In this document: one piece after another, positions 1 through 13,300 of the stretch | How the letters are laid out: each line of letters begins with the position of its first letter | How positions within the stretch are numbered: position 1 is the stretch's first letter | Origin: Eledone cirrhosa | Taxonomy: Eukaryota | Reading direction: 5' to 3' | Assembly (NCBI GenBank): GCA_964016885.1 | Contig: OZ024742.1 | Coordinates: 37,324,001-37,388,000, forward strand | Length of the DNA stretch: 64,000 nucleotides | Translations under genes and position numbers: made by a program | The notes under the pieces: model-generated | The model's input: only the letters and a program-made list of their open reading frames with translations | Database searches by the model: none | What the model was told of the DNA's origin: nothing

Positions 1-88
1 ATTCTAACACATATGTAACTATTAATGATACACCTGGCTCTCTATCTCGGTCCCCACCCCACCCATCTTAAATATTATATACTTACAT

Positions 89-119
<31 letters not shown>

Positions 120-149
120 CTTACATACATACATATATATACTTTGTTT

Positions 150-970
150 TTATATTTGTTTTGCAAGATCTTATCTGAAAATGCATTTTGAAACAGATAT
201 TATTATACTTTAGGAGGGTTATGCTGACAATATAAAAAAAACACCTGCTGGTTTTCACTTCAATTTATTACAAATTTCCAGTTGGTTAGTTTAATAACCA
301 GATGGTTGCTTATTTGTTTGACAAAGCTCTTTCATCACACATTCTGTGACCTCTCAGTGACTAATTTGTTATTTTGTGTGTCTCTTTTGTTCTATTCTAC
401 ACTATCTTGTTTTTCTAAGCTGTGTTGTGCATGTGTGTGTGTGTGTTTATTCATACATTTATTTGTCACTAGTTGGTTGTTTGTTTTATTTGTGTGTCTG
501 GTTTGTTTTATTAGTTTGTTTTTTTGTGTGTCCCTGTATGTCTTTATCTTGTCCTTAATTACTAGTTGTGATGTTGCTTTTCCACTCAAGTTTTCTGTTT
601 AATTCTGGTTGGAGTTTGTTTATGTTTGTCCGTTTTGTAATCTGTATTGTGTCTTTTGTGTGTGGATATGTTCCATTTTGGCATGTTGGTGAAGTAATGA
701 TGAATTATTTCCATCTTGGAGTTCTCGCTAGTGTTCATTTATCCTTTCTCTTATGCTACAAGCCGTCTCACTGATGTAAGTTGTGTTCCTATTCCTACAC
801 TGCCCCTCCATATATCAAAACGTTCCTAGTTTTGTAGTTAATTTGCAGACTATATATCTCCTATCAGTGCAGGTTTTTTTTTCAAAAAATGTTCTATAAA
901 TTAGGGTTTTTATAGGAATACCTGGTTATTCAACTATCTTTAATATTTAATTTTAGTATTCCAATAAAAA
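150..970 (-). mobile_element. Old Penelope-like element (family P1) remnant: GIY-YIG endonuclease C-terminus plus 3' pseudo-LTR region
   Basis: My manual minus-strand translation of ~575-870 gives KTRNVLIY...QCRNRNTTYISETACSIRERINEH*R...SSLLHQH...NINKLQPELNRKLEW (GIY-YIG YIGET/R..EH/P.LN pattern, with stops and frameshifts). 150-590 is a diverged reverse complement of 1310-1712 and 5800-6085, including a decayed hammerhead at ~320-363. Confidence 0.75.
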
Positions 971-974
971 CCCT

Positions 975-1210
975 AATTAGTAGCCAGACCTCTCCTCATA
1001 ATGGGATCACACAGTTCCACACTGTAAACGAGGTTGGTGTTAGGAAGGGCATCCAGCTGTAAATAATCCAGCCAAAATACAGTCCCATTTGAGCAAGGTA
1101 TGGCACAGCCAATTGGCCAGACTTGTCTCACAACGGTGCCACCTAGTTCCGCACTGTAAATGTAGTTGGCGGTAGGAAGGGCATCCAGCAGCCGTAAAAA
1201 ACCCAGGCAA
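975..1210 (+). repeat. Two tandem copies of the SINE/RTE 3' module (cacactgtaaa...ggttggtgttaggaagggcatccagc)
   Basis: The motif occurs at ~1010-1075 and ~1143-1205 and recurs many times across the window. Confidence 0.7.
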
Positions 1211-1248
1211 CACACACACATATATATATATATTAATTAAAAAGTTAT

Positions 1249-1283
<35 letters not shown>

Positions 1284-1309
1284 TGTGTGTGTGTGTGCGT
1301 GTTTGTGTA

Positions 1310-1712
1310 TTTGAGTGGAACAGCAACATCACAACTTACAATTAAGGACAAAATGAAAACACACACACACACATAGAACAAACAACCAACCAACAATAAA
1401 TAAATAAATAAATAAACAAATAGATAAATGAACACAAACACACACAGACACCCGGATGTGGCGCATGCGCAAACTGAGCACACAACACACACACAGAAAC
1501 AAAGAAAGGAATCCCCAGTCACTGAAGAGGTCACAGAGTGTGTGACGAAAGGACTATGACTATATATAAACAACTATCTGGTTGTGGAACCAACCAACCA
1601 GAAATTTATAAGTTTGTAGATTTATAAATTTATAAATATATAATAAATTGAAGTGAAAGCAACTGGTGCGTGTGTTTCTTATTGGCAACATGACCCTCCC
1701 AAAGTATAACAA
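1310..1712 (+). mobile_element. Penelope-like family P1 3' end (5'-truncated) with hammerhead
   Basis: Starts at the last codons of the P1 ORF (..EWNSNITTYN*). Homologous to 150-590 (-) and 5800-6025 (+). Flanked by simple repeats. Confidence 0.75.
1517..1561 (+). ncRNA. Minimal type I hammerhead ribozyme (family P1)
   Basis: AGTCA-CTGAAGA-G-GTCACA(gagtg)TGTGAC-GAAA-G(ga)C-TA^TGACT: 5-bp stem I, core CUGANGA plus one inserted nt, 6-bp stem II, GAAA, vestigial stem III, CUA cleavage triplet. Confidence 0.8.
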
Positions 1713-1723
1713 TATATATACAA

Positions 1724-1754
<31 letters not shown>

Positions 1755-1813
1755 CAAACATATACATATATATACAAACATATACATATACATATATATA
1801 TATATATACAAAC

Positions 1814-1848
<35 letters not shown>

Positions 1849-1850
1849 CA

Positions 1851-1888
<38 letters not shown>

Positions 1889-1908
1889 AACATATATATA
1901 TATATACA

Positions 1909-1948
<40 letters not shown>

Positions 1949-2400
1949 AACATATATATATATACAAACATATATATATATATACAAACATATATATATA
2001 TATACAAACATATATATATATACAAACATATATATATATACAAACATATATATATATACAAACATATATATATATACAAACATATATATATATACAAACA
2101 TATATATATATATACAAACATATATATATATACAAACATATATATATATACAAACATATATATATATACAAACATATATATATATATATATACAAACATA
2201 TATATATATACAAACATATATATATATACAAACATATATATATATACAAACATATATATATATATACAAACATATATATATACAAACATATATATATATA
2301 CAAACATATATATATATACAAACATATATATATATATATATACACAAACATACATATATATATATATATACAAACATATATATATATACAAGCATATACA
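1712..2400. repeat. Compound microsatellite ((TA)nCAAACA)n
   Basis: Seen directly. The same motif resumes at 2845-2915. Confidence 0.95.
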
Positions 2401-2408
2401 AGCATGTA

Positions 2409-2845
2409 TAATGTCACTGGACCGAGACCTTTGGCGGTACTCAGTAACAGAGAAGACCCGCCTTGCCAGTAGGCATCTCTAACAAAATACACCCCGTCCC
2501 ACCACCACCACACCCACCCCATCCACACCACCCCGTCCTATGTAAAGTTATGTTGGTGCCGCGCCATCCGGGCCGAAACAAATGAGATCGTGTAGGTGTC
2601 ACGACAAAAAAACACACAGTCCACGCTGTAATGTGGCCGTGTAGGCAACACGGTAAAAACCTCCCAGACCCACACTGTAAATGTGGTTGGTGTTAGGAAG
2701 GGCATCCAACTGTAGAAAACCTGCCAGACAGTCCTATGCGAGCAAGACAATCACTCTTGCCTCAAGTGGGACTACCCCCGTCCAAACCCATGCAAGCGTG
2801 GAACACGGACGTTAAACGTTGATGATGATGATGATGATGATGATA
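2409..2845 (+). mobile_element. RTE family A 3' end (5'-truncated) with (GAT)n tail
   Basis: Matches the ORF end and 3' UTR of the elements at 14390-14803 and 53890-54333. Confidence 0.9.
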
Positions 2846-2915
2846 TATATACAAACATATATATATATATATATATACAAACATATATATATATATATAT
2901 ACAAACATATATATA

Positions 2916-3013
2916 TACTAAACGCCAATTAAGGCTATATGGTATATTAGCCCCCTTATATCTGGGATCTTAAGGGGGCTAATATACCATATAGCCTTAA
3001 TTGGCGTTTAGTA
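2916..3013. repeat. Perfect 43-bp inverted repeat, 12-nt loop, at the 5' junction of the P2 element
   Basis: tactaaacgccaattaaggctatatggtatattagccccctta (2916-2958) is the reverse complement of 2971-3013. Confidence 0.95.
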
Positions 3014-5046
3014 GCACGCTCTAATAACCTTTCTACACATACTAAATTTTGTAATCTCTGTATCCTCGAGACACACTCTATAATTTTCTCTAGTGAATCC
3101 TTACTTAATAGAAAGTCTGAGATATTCTCTTCTTGCCCCCACGCTATTTTTAATTCTTACTTTTATTATAAACCTAAAGGTTCTAGTAGTATAAATTGTA
3201 TCCATTAGCTGATATATTCCATTACTTATTTTTTTTTGTTTAGGTTCTTTTTGTTTACCACCATTATTATCATCATTATTATCATTGGGTAATTGCTGGC
3301 CTTGTGCCTAACGTAGAAACAATTATTATCATTGGTTTTTGACAACTTTTTATTCTAGCTCTCATAATCTTTTGGCTACTATACCATATCTATCTTCTTA
3401 CACATTAAATTTTCACTATTAACACCTTATGAGTATATATCTGATTATATATTTTATATTATTTTATTTTATTTGGATTCTTCTTTGGATAAACCCCCCC
3501 CCCCTCCCCCATGCACACAAACTTATTGTCAACTCCTTCAAATATATGATTATATTTAATCCCCCCCCCTCTTTTATGCTCCTTTCTATTATATAATACA
3601 GTATATTGATTATGATTTTATGCTCCTTTGTATCCTCCATACATTTCTTTTTTTCTGTCCCTATTAGCCTACCATAATTCTGCTTAAGTCAGTTTTTTAG
3701 ATATCGTTATGTAAATGATAGTAGAATATTTCATTCCTTTATATATATATTTATAGTGAAATATTAATGTTTATGAATTTTGATTACTTAAACCATAGCT
3801 AATATTGTATTGCCTTATTAGGTATTTTAAATATTTTCAATATTAATTTATCAAATAGGGTTTTCGAGTCATTTATCTGGGTTGTTTCCTAAGTTTTTAC
3901 TTAACTGCATGCGAGACCTAAGTAAATACTTTTGTTTCTGTTTTTTAATTTCCGGTTGATTTTATTTATTTATTTATTAATACTACTGTGCATTGTATTT
4001 TCTGTCTGGCCCTTATTCACTCATCCACATATATGTCTGTTTACCAACCTTGTAATTATAAGTAATTATATATTATATTATGTTCATTATTTTATATTGA
4101 AGTTGTTATTGTACTATTGATCCTTATTACTTACCGTTGATTTTATGTACCATTATGATATGTTAAATTTTATATATCATGTAAGATGTTTATATTTTTG
4201 TACCATCATAATTTTGGGTATTGTACAATTTATATTTTTTTCTCACCTACTCTGTAACTCTATATGAATTGATTTGTTAACTTACATGCCATTATATATT
4301 ATATATATTATTATATTATTATTATAGTATTATTGTGACATCTATATTGTTTGTGTAAATTAACCGGAGATTATCTATTATATTATATATTATATAATTA
4401 TATAGTTTATTATATATTATATGTGTTACTTTTAATCATTTCATTACTTCATGTATATTAGATATACGTATTATTATTATTTTTATTCCTATTATGCTTA
4501 TTTATATTTAAACTCTTAATAAGGTTTTAATTTGTGCTGTTAATGACGTATATGTATATGTGCGTACGTGTGCGTACATATATATATATGTATATTGTGC
4601 CTTTTAATTTTAATATTGTTACAAGTATATTAATATTGTATTATATATAATTCCCGCTCTATAGAAACCACCTTTGTTTAGCTCTAGGTTTTTTTTGCTT
4701 TGGACTATATTTGTAATATGGTTCAAAATGTTATACACCTCCTTAGTGATTTTTATTATATATTTTTACCCATAATCTTCCAATGCTTTAGTGTATGTAC
4801 ACTCCATATTCTTCGGAGTTTTCGGCTTGTATTGGCCGATAGTGCTTCTGTGGTTTTGATTGCCCTGATGAGTCCTTAATAGGACGAAACATTGTTGGCT
4901 AATAAAGACTTTTGATGTATTGAAGGCTTCTTTGTTTTATTTTCATAATTCTTCGGCTCTGTTTAATTACATTGAGCTATATCTTTTACTGTCATTTCTA
5001 TAATACGAAGAGGGTGTTTAACTCCAACACGCTCCAGTATTTTAAT

Positions 5047-5050
<4 letters not shown>
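2957..5050 (+). mobile_element. Penelope-like family P2, 5'-truncated: endonuclease C-terminus, long AT-rich 3' region, hammerhead
   Basis: Open frame 2957-3208 (manual translation): YIWDLKGANIPYSLNWRLVARSNNLSTHTKFCNLCILETHSIIFSSESLLNRKSEIFSSCPH. This fits the YIW.LK/CxLC..E/LLNxxxE/CxH C-terminal pattern of a PLE GIY-YIG subgroup. A hammerhead and AATAAA follow at 4862-4906. Confidence 0.75.
4862..4899 (+). ncRNA. Minimal type I hammerhead ribozyme (family P2)
   Basis: GCC-CTGATGA-GTCC(ttaata)GGAC-GAAA-C(att)G-TT^GGC: canonical core, GUU triplet, AATAAA at 4901. Confidence 0.85.
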
Positions 5051-5500
<450 letters not shown>

Positions 5501-5658
5501 ATTGTTATACTTTGGGAGGGGTCATGTTGCCAATAAGAAACACACGCACCAGTTGCTTTCACTTCAATTTAATTTAATATATATTTATAAATTTACAAAT
5601 TTATAAATTTCTGGTTGGTTGGTTGGTTCCACAACCAGATAGTTGTTTATATATATAT

Positions 5659-5703
5659 AGTCATAGTTCTTTCGTCACACACTCTGTGACCTCTTCAGTG
5701 ACT
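5659..5703 (-). ncRNA. Hammerhead ribozyme (P1), left arm
   Basis: Reverse complement reads AGTCA-CTGAAGAG-GTCACA..TGTGAC-GAAAGAACTA^TGACT. Confidence 0.8.
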
Positions 5704-5823
5704 GGGGATTTCTTTCTTCGTTTCTGATGCCTTTTCCTTTCTTCTATCCTACGCCATTTTTCATTTGAAAAATGGCGTAGGATAGAAGAAAGGAAAGGCA
5801 CAGAAACGAAGAAAGAAATCCCC

Positions 5824-5868
5824 AGTCACTGAAGAGGTCACAGAGTGTGTGACGAAAGAACTATGACT
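5824..5868 (+). ncRNA. Hammerhead ribozyme (P1), right arm
   Basis: AGTCA-CTGAAGAG-GTCACA..TGTGAC-GAAAGAACTA^TGACT. Confidence 0.8.
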
Positions 5869-6084
5869 ATATATATATAAACAACTATCTGGTTGTGGAA
5901 CCAACCAACCAACCAGAAATTTATAAATTTGTAAATTTATAAATATATATTAAATTAAATTGAAGTGAAAGCAACTGGTGCGTGTGTTTCTTATTGGCAA
6001 CATGACCCTTCCAAAGTATAACAATATCGGTTTCAACACACGATTTCAGATAAAGAATCTTGCTAAACAAATTCAGAAACGAAA

Positions 6085-6109
6085 ATATATATACATATAT
6101 ATACATATG

Positions 6110-6159
<50 letters not shown>

Positions 6160-6171
6160 CATATATATACA

Positions 6172-6206
<35 letters not shown>

Positions 6207-6292
6207 TACATATATATATATATACATATATATATACATATATAATATACATATAATATATATAATATATATATACATATATATACATATAC

Positions 6293-6325
<33 letters not shown>

Positions 6326-6356
6326 CATATATATACATACATATATATACATATAC

Positions 6357-6389
<33 letters not shown>

Positions 6390-6421
6390 CTACATATATA
6401 TAATACATATATATATACACA

Positions 6422-6453
<32 letters not shown>

Positions 6454-6461
6454 ACATATAC

Positions 6462-6494
<33 letters not shown>

Positions 6495-6694
6495 CATATA
6501 CATAAATATATTATATACATATATATATATATATACATATATATACATACACATATATATATATACATATATATATATACACATATATATATACACATAT
6601 ATATATATACATTATATATATACACATATATATATATATACATATATATATATACACATATATATATATATATACATATATATACATATATATA

Positions 6695-6770
<76 letters not shown>

Positions 6771-6795
6771 TACATATATATACATACATATATAT

Positions 6796-6842
<47 letters not shown>

Positions 6843-6851
6843 CATATATAT

Positions 6852-6906
<55 letters not shown>

Positions 6907-6968
6907 ATACACATATATATATATATATATTATACATACATATATATATATATATATACATATATATA

Positions 6969-7001
<33 letters not shown>

Positions 7002-7051
7002 CATATATATATACATATATATATATATAATATATATATATATACATATAT

Positions 7052-7092
<41 letters not shown>

Positions 7093-7136
7093 TATACATA
7101 CATATATATTATATATATATATATATATTACATAAT

Positions 7137-7177
<41 letters not shown>

Positions 7178-7271
7178 TATATACATATATTATATATATA
7201 TATATAATATATATACATATATATATATACATATATATATATATAATTATACATATATTACATATATATAC

Positions 7272-7304
<33 letters not shown>

Positions 7305-7313
7305 CATATATAC

Positions 7314-7362
<49 letters not shown>

Positions 7363-7421
7363 CATATATATACATATATATATATATATACATATAATAA
7401 TATATAGAATATACATATATA
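6085..7421. repeat. (TA)n-rich compound microsatellite running into the gap
   Basis: Seen directly. Confidence 0.95.
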
Positions 7422-7621
7422 NNNNNNNNNNNNNNNNNNNNNNNNNNNNNNNNNNNNNNNNNNNNNNNNNNNNNNNNNNNNNNNNNNNNNNNNNNNNNNN
7501 NNNNNNNNNNNNNNNNNNNNNNNNNNNNNNNNNNNNNNNNNNNNNNNNNNNNNNNNNNNNNNNNNNNNNNNNNNNNNNNNNNNNNNNNNNNNNNNNNNNN
7601 NNNNNNNNNNNNNNNNNNNNN
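7422..7621. other. Assembly gap (200 N)
   Basis: Run of N. Confidence 1.
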
Positions 7622-7862
7622 AATCCACCATCACCACTACCAACTTAGCCCAATACCATCAACACACTAAAAACCACCATCACCAACATCCCTACACACA
7701 CAACTTACCTAGAATACCTTACCTCAGGTAAATCTATTTAGGTCAGCTCCCTTCTGGTTATTTTTATATATTCTAGGAAATCTTAAGGTGAATTGGGCTC
7801 TCACATTGTACATATAGGTGTATTTCTTGATTATATGTTATAAGTTGTGTGTGTGTATATAT

Positions 7863-7906
<44 letters not shown>

Positions 7907-7947
7907 GTAATAAACGAAAGATATATACTTTATATCATCTCTATATA

Positions 7948-8305
7948 TCATCCTCATCACCGTTTTACATCCATTCTTCCACGCTAGCTTGGGTTAGACA
8001 GGTTGTCCTGTTGTGGGCAATGCCAGGTCAGGTGACCGTGTCTTGCTCATACAACTGATTTTGGGTTGATTTCTACAGCTGGATGCCCTTCTTAACACCA
8101 ACCTCATTTACAGTGAGTACTGGGTGCTTTTTTACCATGGCGCCTACACAACCACTTTATAATGTGGATTGAGTGCTTTTTGTCGTGACACCTACACAAC
8201 CACTTTACAGTGTGGGGGGGGGGGGGCATACTGTCCATATGCTTCAGCTTTGGTTTCTACCCGTGGGAAATCAAAACTTCTGTATTACTGCGTAACAACA
8301 GAAGT
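7948..8305 (-). mobile_element. RTE family C 3' end
   Basis: Homologous to 26366-26730 and to the reverse complement of 60650-60990. Confidence 0.8.
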
Positions 8306-8399
8306 CTCACCAGAGTACTCGATACTTGGGGTAGTAGAGTGGGTAAAGTGAAAAAGTCGGGGTCCTGACTTTTTCATATATATATATTATATCCCACTC

Positions 8400-8726
8400 C
8401 ACTACTCCTACTACAACTTCCACCTACACCACCCTTTCTCTGTAAAGTTATGTTGGTACCACAGAACATCCAGTCCACACTGTAAAGTGGTCATATAGGT
8501 GTCACAACAAAAAGCACGCAGTCTACGCTGTAAAGTGGTTGTGTAGGAGACACGGTAAAAAGGCTCTCAGTCCACACTGTAAATGTGTTAGGAAGGGGCA
8601 TCCAGCCATAGAAAACCTGCCAGATACAGTTCTATATGAGCAAGACATGATCACCCGACCAAGCTTGCCTCAAGTGGGACAATCCCGTCTAACCCATGCT
8701 GGAAGATGGACGTTAAACGATGATGA
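8400..8726 (+). mobile_element. RTE family A-like 3' UTR fragment
   Basis: Homologous to 17010-17342. Ends ggacgttaaacgatgatg. Confidence 0.75.
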
Positions 8727-8739
8727 ATATAAGAATGAG

Positions 8740-10305
8740 GCCTGGAAATTTACTATGAGAGATTGATAAATGTAGAGAATGAATGAGAAGAAGAGAAACT
8801 ACCCCCAATTTATCCAAAGAAAGGACCAGTTATTGAAGTTGACAGTTTTAGGGTCAAAGATGTAGTCAAGGAGATGAAGAATGGTAAAGCTGCAGAACCA
8901 TCAGAAATAGTTGCCGAGATGCTAAAAGCATTGGGAGAGGTAAGAGTCAAACTAGTAACCTGTATTACATTACAAATCAAGTAATACATGATGGAGTCAT
9001 ACCCAATGACAGGCACAGCAGTACAATCATAAATTATTACAAGGGCAAAGGTGATACTCTAGAAAGGAGCAACTATAGATGAATAAAACTAGTTATGAAA
9101 GTGGCAGAAAGAGTCATAGCGCAGCTAATTAGGGAAAGAGTCAAAATAGATGAGATGCAGTTTGACAGAGTACCTCAATCTACTATCTGGTGGTCCTTAA
9201 GTAAATTAGGTGTAGAAGAATGGCTTGTGAGAGCAGTGCAAGCTATGTACAGAAGAGCTGTCAGTAAAGTGGGAGTAGGAAATGAGTTTGGTGAAAAATT
9301 CAAAGTACAGGTAGGAGTTCATCCAGGCTATGCAGAGAAGTTTAAGACCAGCTGCCCATGGAAACTTCTCTATGCAGATGATTTGGTCCTTATAGCTGAA
9401 ACCAAAAAAGAACTAGAAAATAAATTCCAATTATCGAATTTGAATTTGGAATCAAAAGGGCTGAGAGTAAAATTAACCAAAACTAAAATGTTAGTGAGTA
9501 CAGAAGATAAGACCCAGATTCCCACAGGGAAGTGGCCATACTTAATATGTAGAAAAGGAGTAGGCATAAACTCCATACAATGTACACAATGTAAATCTTG
9601 GGTACACAAAAGATGTAGTGGGATATTGTGTAGACTAATAGGGAGAACTTTGCATGTATAAAATGCACAGGAGAAATCAAGAGGAAGAGTGCTAATGATA
9701 TAAACCTTTTCCAGCCACAGGAAGGATCCATAGACGTGGCTGATAGCTTCTGCTATAAGTGACTTAATTAGCAGCAGAAGAGGGTGCACTGAGAGTATAA
9801 TAATAACAGGATGGAAAAAGTTTAGAGAGCTATTCCCACTGTTGACCATAAAAAGTTTCCCCTTATGTACAAAAGGATGACAGTATGATGCCTGTGTGCA
9901 TAGTGAAACACGGGCTGTGGCTGCAGAGGACATGCTTAGACTGGAGAGAAATGAAGTACCATGCTTCGTTGGATGTGCAATGTAAATGTGAGAGGAAGGC
10001 AAAGCTTGGACAAGCTGAGGGAGAAGCTGGGTTTAAGGGGAATCTGAGATGGTGTGCAAGATAGAAGACTGCATTGGTATGGACATGTGATGTACATGGA
10101 CAATAACCAATGGGTGAAGAAATGCCAGGAAATGCCAGGAAATCCCAGTGGAAGACAGCTGTAGTAGAGGACAACCAAGAAAGACCTGTGCAGAGGGCAG
10201 AGGAGATGGCGAAGGAACGCAACAAATAGAGAGATGCCGGGCTGAGAAGGACTCATCCAACACATGCAAGCATGGAAAAGCGGACATAAAACGATGCTGA
10301 TGATG
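8740..10305 (+). mobile_element. Decayed RTE LINE (family B, no long 3' UTR)
   Basis: Fragments GKAA.PS, FDRVP, LLYADDLVL, KTK, Cys finger, RL.WYGHV, then a (GAT)n tail. Many stops and deletions. Confidence 0.9.
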
Positions 10306-10360
10306 ATATATAATAATATATAAAATAATACATATAACATAAATATATAATATAATATAA

Positions 10361-13300
10361 TATATATTATAAAGCTGACGGCCGTATGTATATAACAAAC
10401 TTTTCGCCAAACGGCTGGACCAAACAGCACCAAATTTGCACCATAGATGTAACTTTTTCTAAGTAAGAAAGTGAGGGTATTTTTGTCTTCTAAATTTTGT
10501 TAAAAGATATTTTATCGTTTATTTAAATATTCACTTCTTTAAAATTTTCAAATTTCAACACTTCCGGTTATATGACATTCCCCTCTCTTTCTTAGTCTGT
10601 CTTTTTAGATAGCTATAACGTCGCATCCTTATAATATGTATCTGGCTGTCTGCATTAGATACATAGCTATAACGTCGCACGCTTATAATATGTCTGTCTT
10701 CACGAACCAAAGTATTGTCTTCCTGTTTTCCTTCGGTTGCAACGTTTTTCGAAATTATTTACTTCTGCGTTCACGGATTGATTTTTTGAGTTTCAGAACA
10801 TCCCGTATATAATTATATATTCGTGTACAGATATTTTTGCATACACAAAAACAAAATATAAACGCTTGCTCTTCTGTGAAATGTAATGTACGAATCCTAT
10901 TTTCTTGTCTCTCCATGTTTACCCCGTCCATTCATCTATCTGTATCATATCGTCCAGAATACAACCTTTTCTTTTTCAATGCTATTCAATAATTCTGTCT
11001 GATCGTTCAAAATAATCTTGTATTTTAAAATCCCATAATTTTTCCCTTATTACAGTTATATGCTCGTTCAGTTATGGCCAAAATTTCGTGGATTTTATTT
11101 TATAACCTTCTCGCTAACTACCCCAGATCCCCCCCCCCCCACTCACCACCATTATTATTTGGACCAATCATAAGTCAGCGGCCTATGTTATCACTTCTTA
11201 AGTTTAGACCTGGTTGCCTTTCAATATGATGGATGGACTACGGAATTCTGGAGAGTCTGAAAAAATCTGGACACTCAGTGAAATGCCAAAGATAAAGACA
11301 AATTCACCTCATGCTGCCGGACGAGAATGCAAGGATTCCTCCTCTTTATTTAGGCCGCGGACGGCTAACATAGCCCCATCTCCCTCACCCCTCCCTTCCC
11401 ACCCACCAAACGCAATCCAAAACTTCAGAGTTGGTACCATGAATGTAGGTACCTTAAAAGACCGCTCTAACGAGGTTGTAGAGATGCTTGAACGGAAGGA
11501 GGTTGATGTTTGCTGTATTCAAGAGACCAGGTGGAGGGGTGGATCTGCTAGATTCATTGTGGGTAAAAAACGATGCTATAAGCTTTTCTGGGTGGGAAAT
11601 GACAATGGGCTAGGTGGAGTAGGAATCATGTTAGCAGAAAAATGGGTAGATAAGATAATAGACATAAATAGAGTGAACGACAGAATAATTAAAATAAGAC
11701 TTGTCCTCAATAGAACTACTGTGACAATAATATCTGCATATGCACCCCAACCAGGACTGCCTGGCATTATAAAAGACAGATTCTATGAGTCGTTAATGCT
11801 CATTACCTCCCAAATAACCGACAGTGACTATATAATTATTGCTGGCGACCTAAATGGTCACGTTGGACAACACTGTGACGGCTATGACGGAATCCATGGA
11901 GGCTATGGGTTTGGTACTAGAAATGAGGAAGGCTCCAGAATCCTGGAATTCTGTGACGCAAATAATCTAACTATCTGTAACACAAACTTCAAAAAACGAG
12001 ACAATCACTTGATCACCAATAGATCAGGGGAACACGCCAGTCAGATAGATTATATCAGATAGATTATACCAGAAGACGAGACAGAGTGTCTGTTGTAAAC
12101 ACTAAATCTCTTCCCCATGAAGAATGCACCTCCCAACATAGTCTCATAGTTAGCGACCTCATAGTCAGGACGAGACGTATTCGACAACAGAGGAGGACTA
12201 TCCTTAGGAGAAAAATATGGAAGCTAAAGGACCCCACAGCCAGTAATAAAGTTAAAAGCATATTACTTGATGCTTTTAACAGTAAAGAAGAGCAATTAGA
12301 GTCGTACAATATAGAGGAACAGTGGGAATTCCTGAAAGCTAACCTGCTGAAGGCGACAGATGAAATCTGTGGCTGGAGCAGACCTATAGGCAGGAGGAGA
12401 GTAACATGGTGGTGGAACAGTAAGGTGGAGGAGTCGATCAAGGCCAAAAAGCAGGCTTGGAAAATATGGCAGGATGGGGGAAATAGAGAAGACTATCAAG
12501 TGGCCAGGAGGGAAGCTAGAAGACAAGTGTACTTCGCAAGAAGGGAAGCAGAGGAAAGAAAGTTCAAGCATGTTCTACAACGCAAGGACCAAAAACGTGA
12601 GGTGTTCAGGATTGCTAGGCAATGTGTCAAGGAGAACCGTGATATTGTCAGGGAGAAGAGTATCGGTAATGATGATGGTGTACTTGCCATCACTGACGCT
12701 GATAAGAAGGTAGCTTGGAAGAGTCACTACGGTAAGGCTACTAAATGAGAATAAATGGGAGAAAGACAGTCTCCCCCACATCGATCCAATAGAGGGACCA
12801 GCAGTGCATATTGAAGGTAGTATAAGTAAGGCAATCACAGATATGAAGACGGGCAAGGCAGCTGGGCCTTCGGAAATAGTTGCTGAAATGCTGAAAGCAT
12901 CTGGAACGGTGGGACACACCATGGACACCCGGATAGTAAACCAAGTTATACAGAATGGGGTCGTACCAAAGGACTGGCGTAGCAGCATCATCATTAACTG
13001 TTACAAGGGTAAAGGAGATGCCCTAGATAGAGGAAACTATAGCGGCATTAAATTAATTGACCAGGTCATGAAGGTCACAGAAAAAGTAATAGCACAACTA
13101 ATCAGAGAGCGAATTGATCTAGATGAAATGCAGTTCGGGTTTGTGTCAGGTAAAAGTACCACAGACTCTCTTTTCATTGTACGACACCTACAGGAGAAGT
13201 ACCTAGCTAAAAGTAAACCCCTCTACTTAGCTTTTGTAGACCTGGAGAAAGCCTTTGACAGAGTCCCCTGCTCCATTATCTGGTGGGCTCTTAGAAAACT

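Larger units (their letters stand above)
5501..6085. mobile_element. Head-to-head inverted pair of Penelope-like P1 pseudo-LTRs
   Basis: 5501-5762 is a near-perfect reverse complement of 5766-6025. The centre reads ...cgccatttttca-tt-tgaaaaatggcg.... The right arm continues to ~6085. Confidence 0.85.

Noticed and set aside
11280-11375. HDV-like ribozyme at the RTE 5' end
   Set aside because: An L3-like acctcat and ggctaa are present, but I could not build P3 or P1, and the region is the ORF start.
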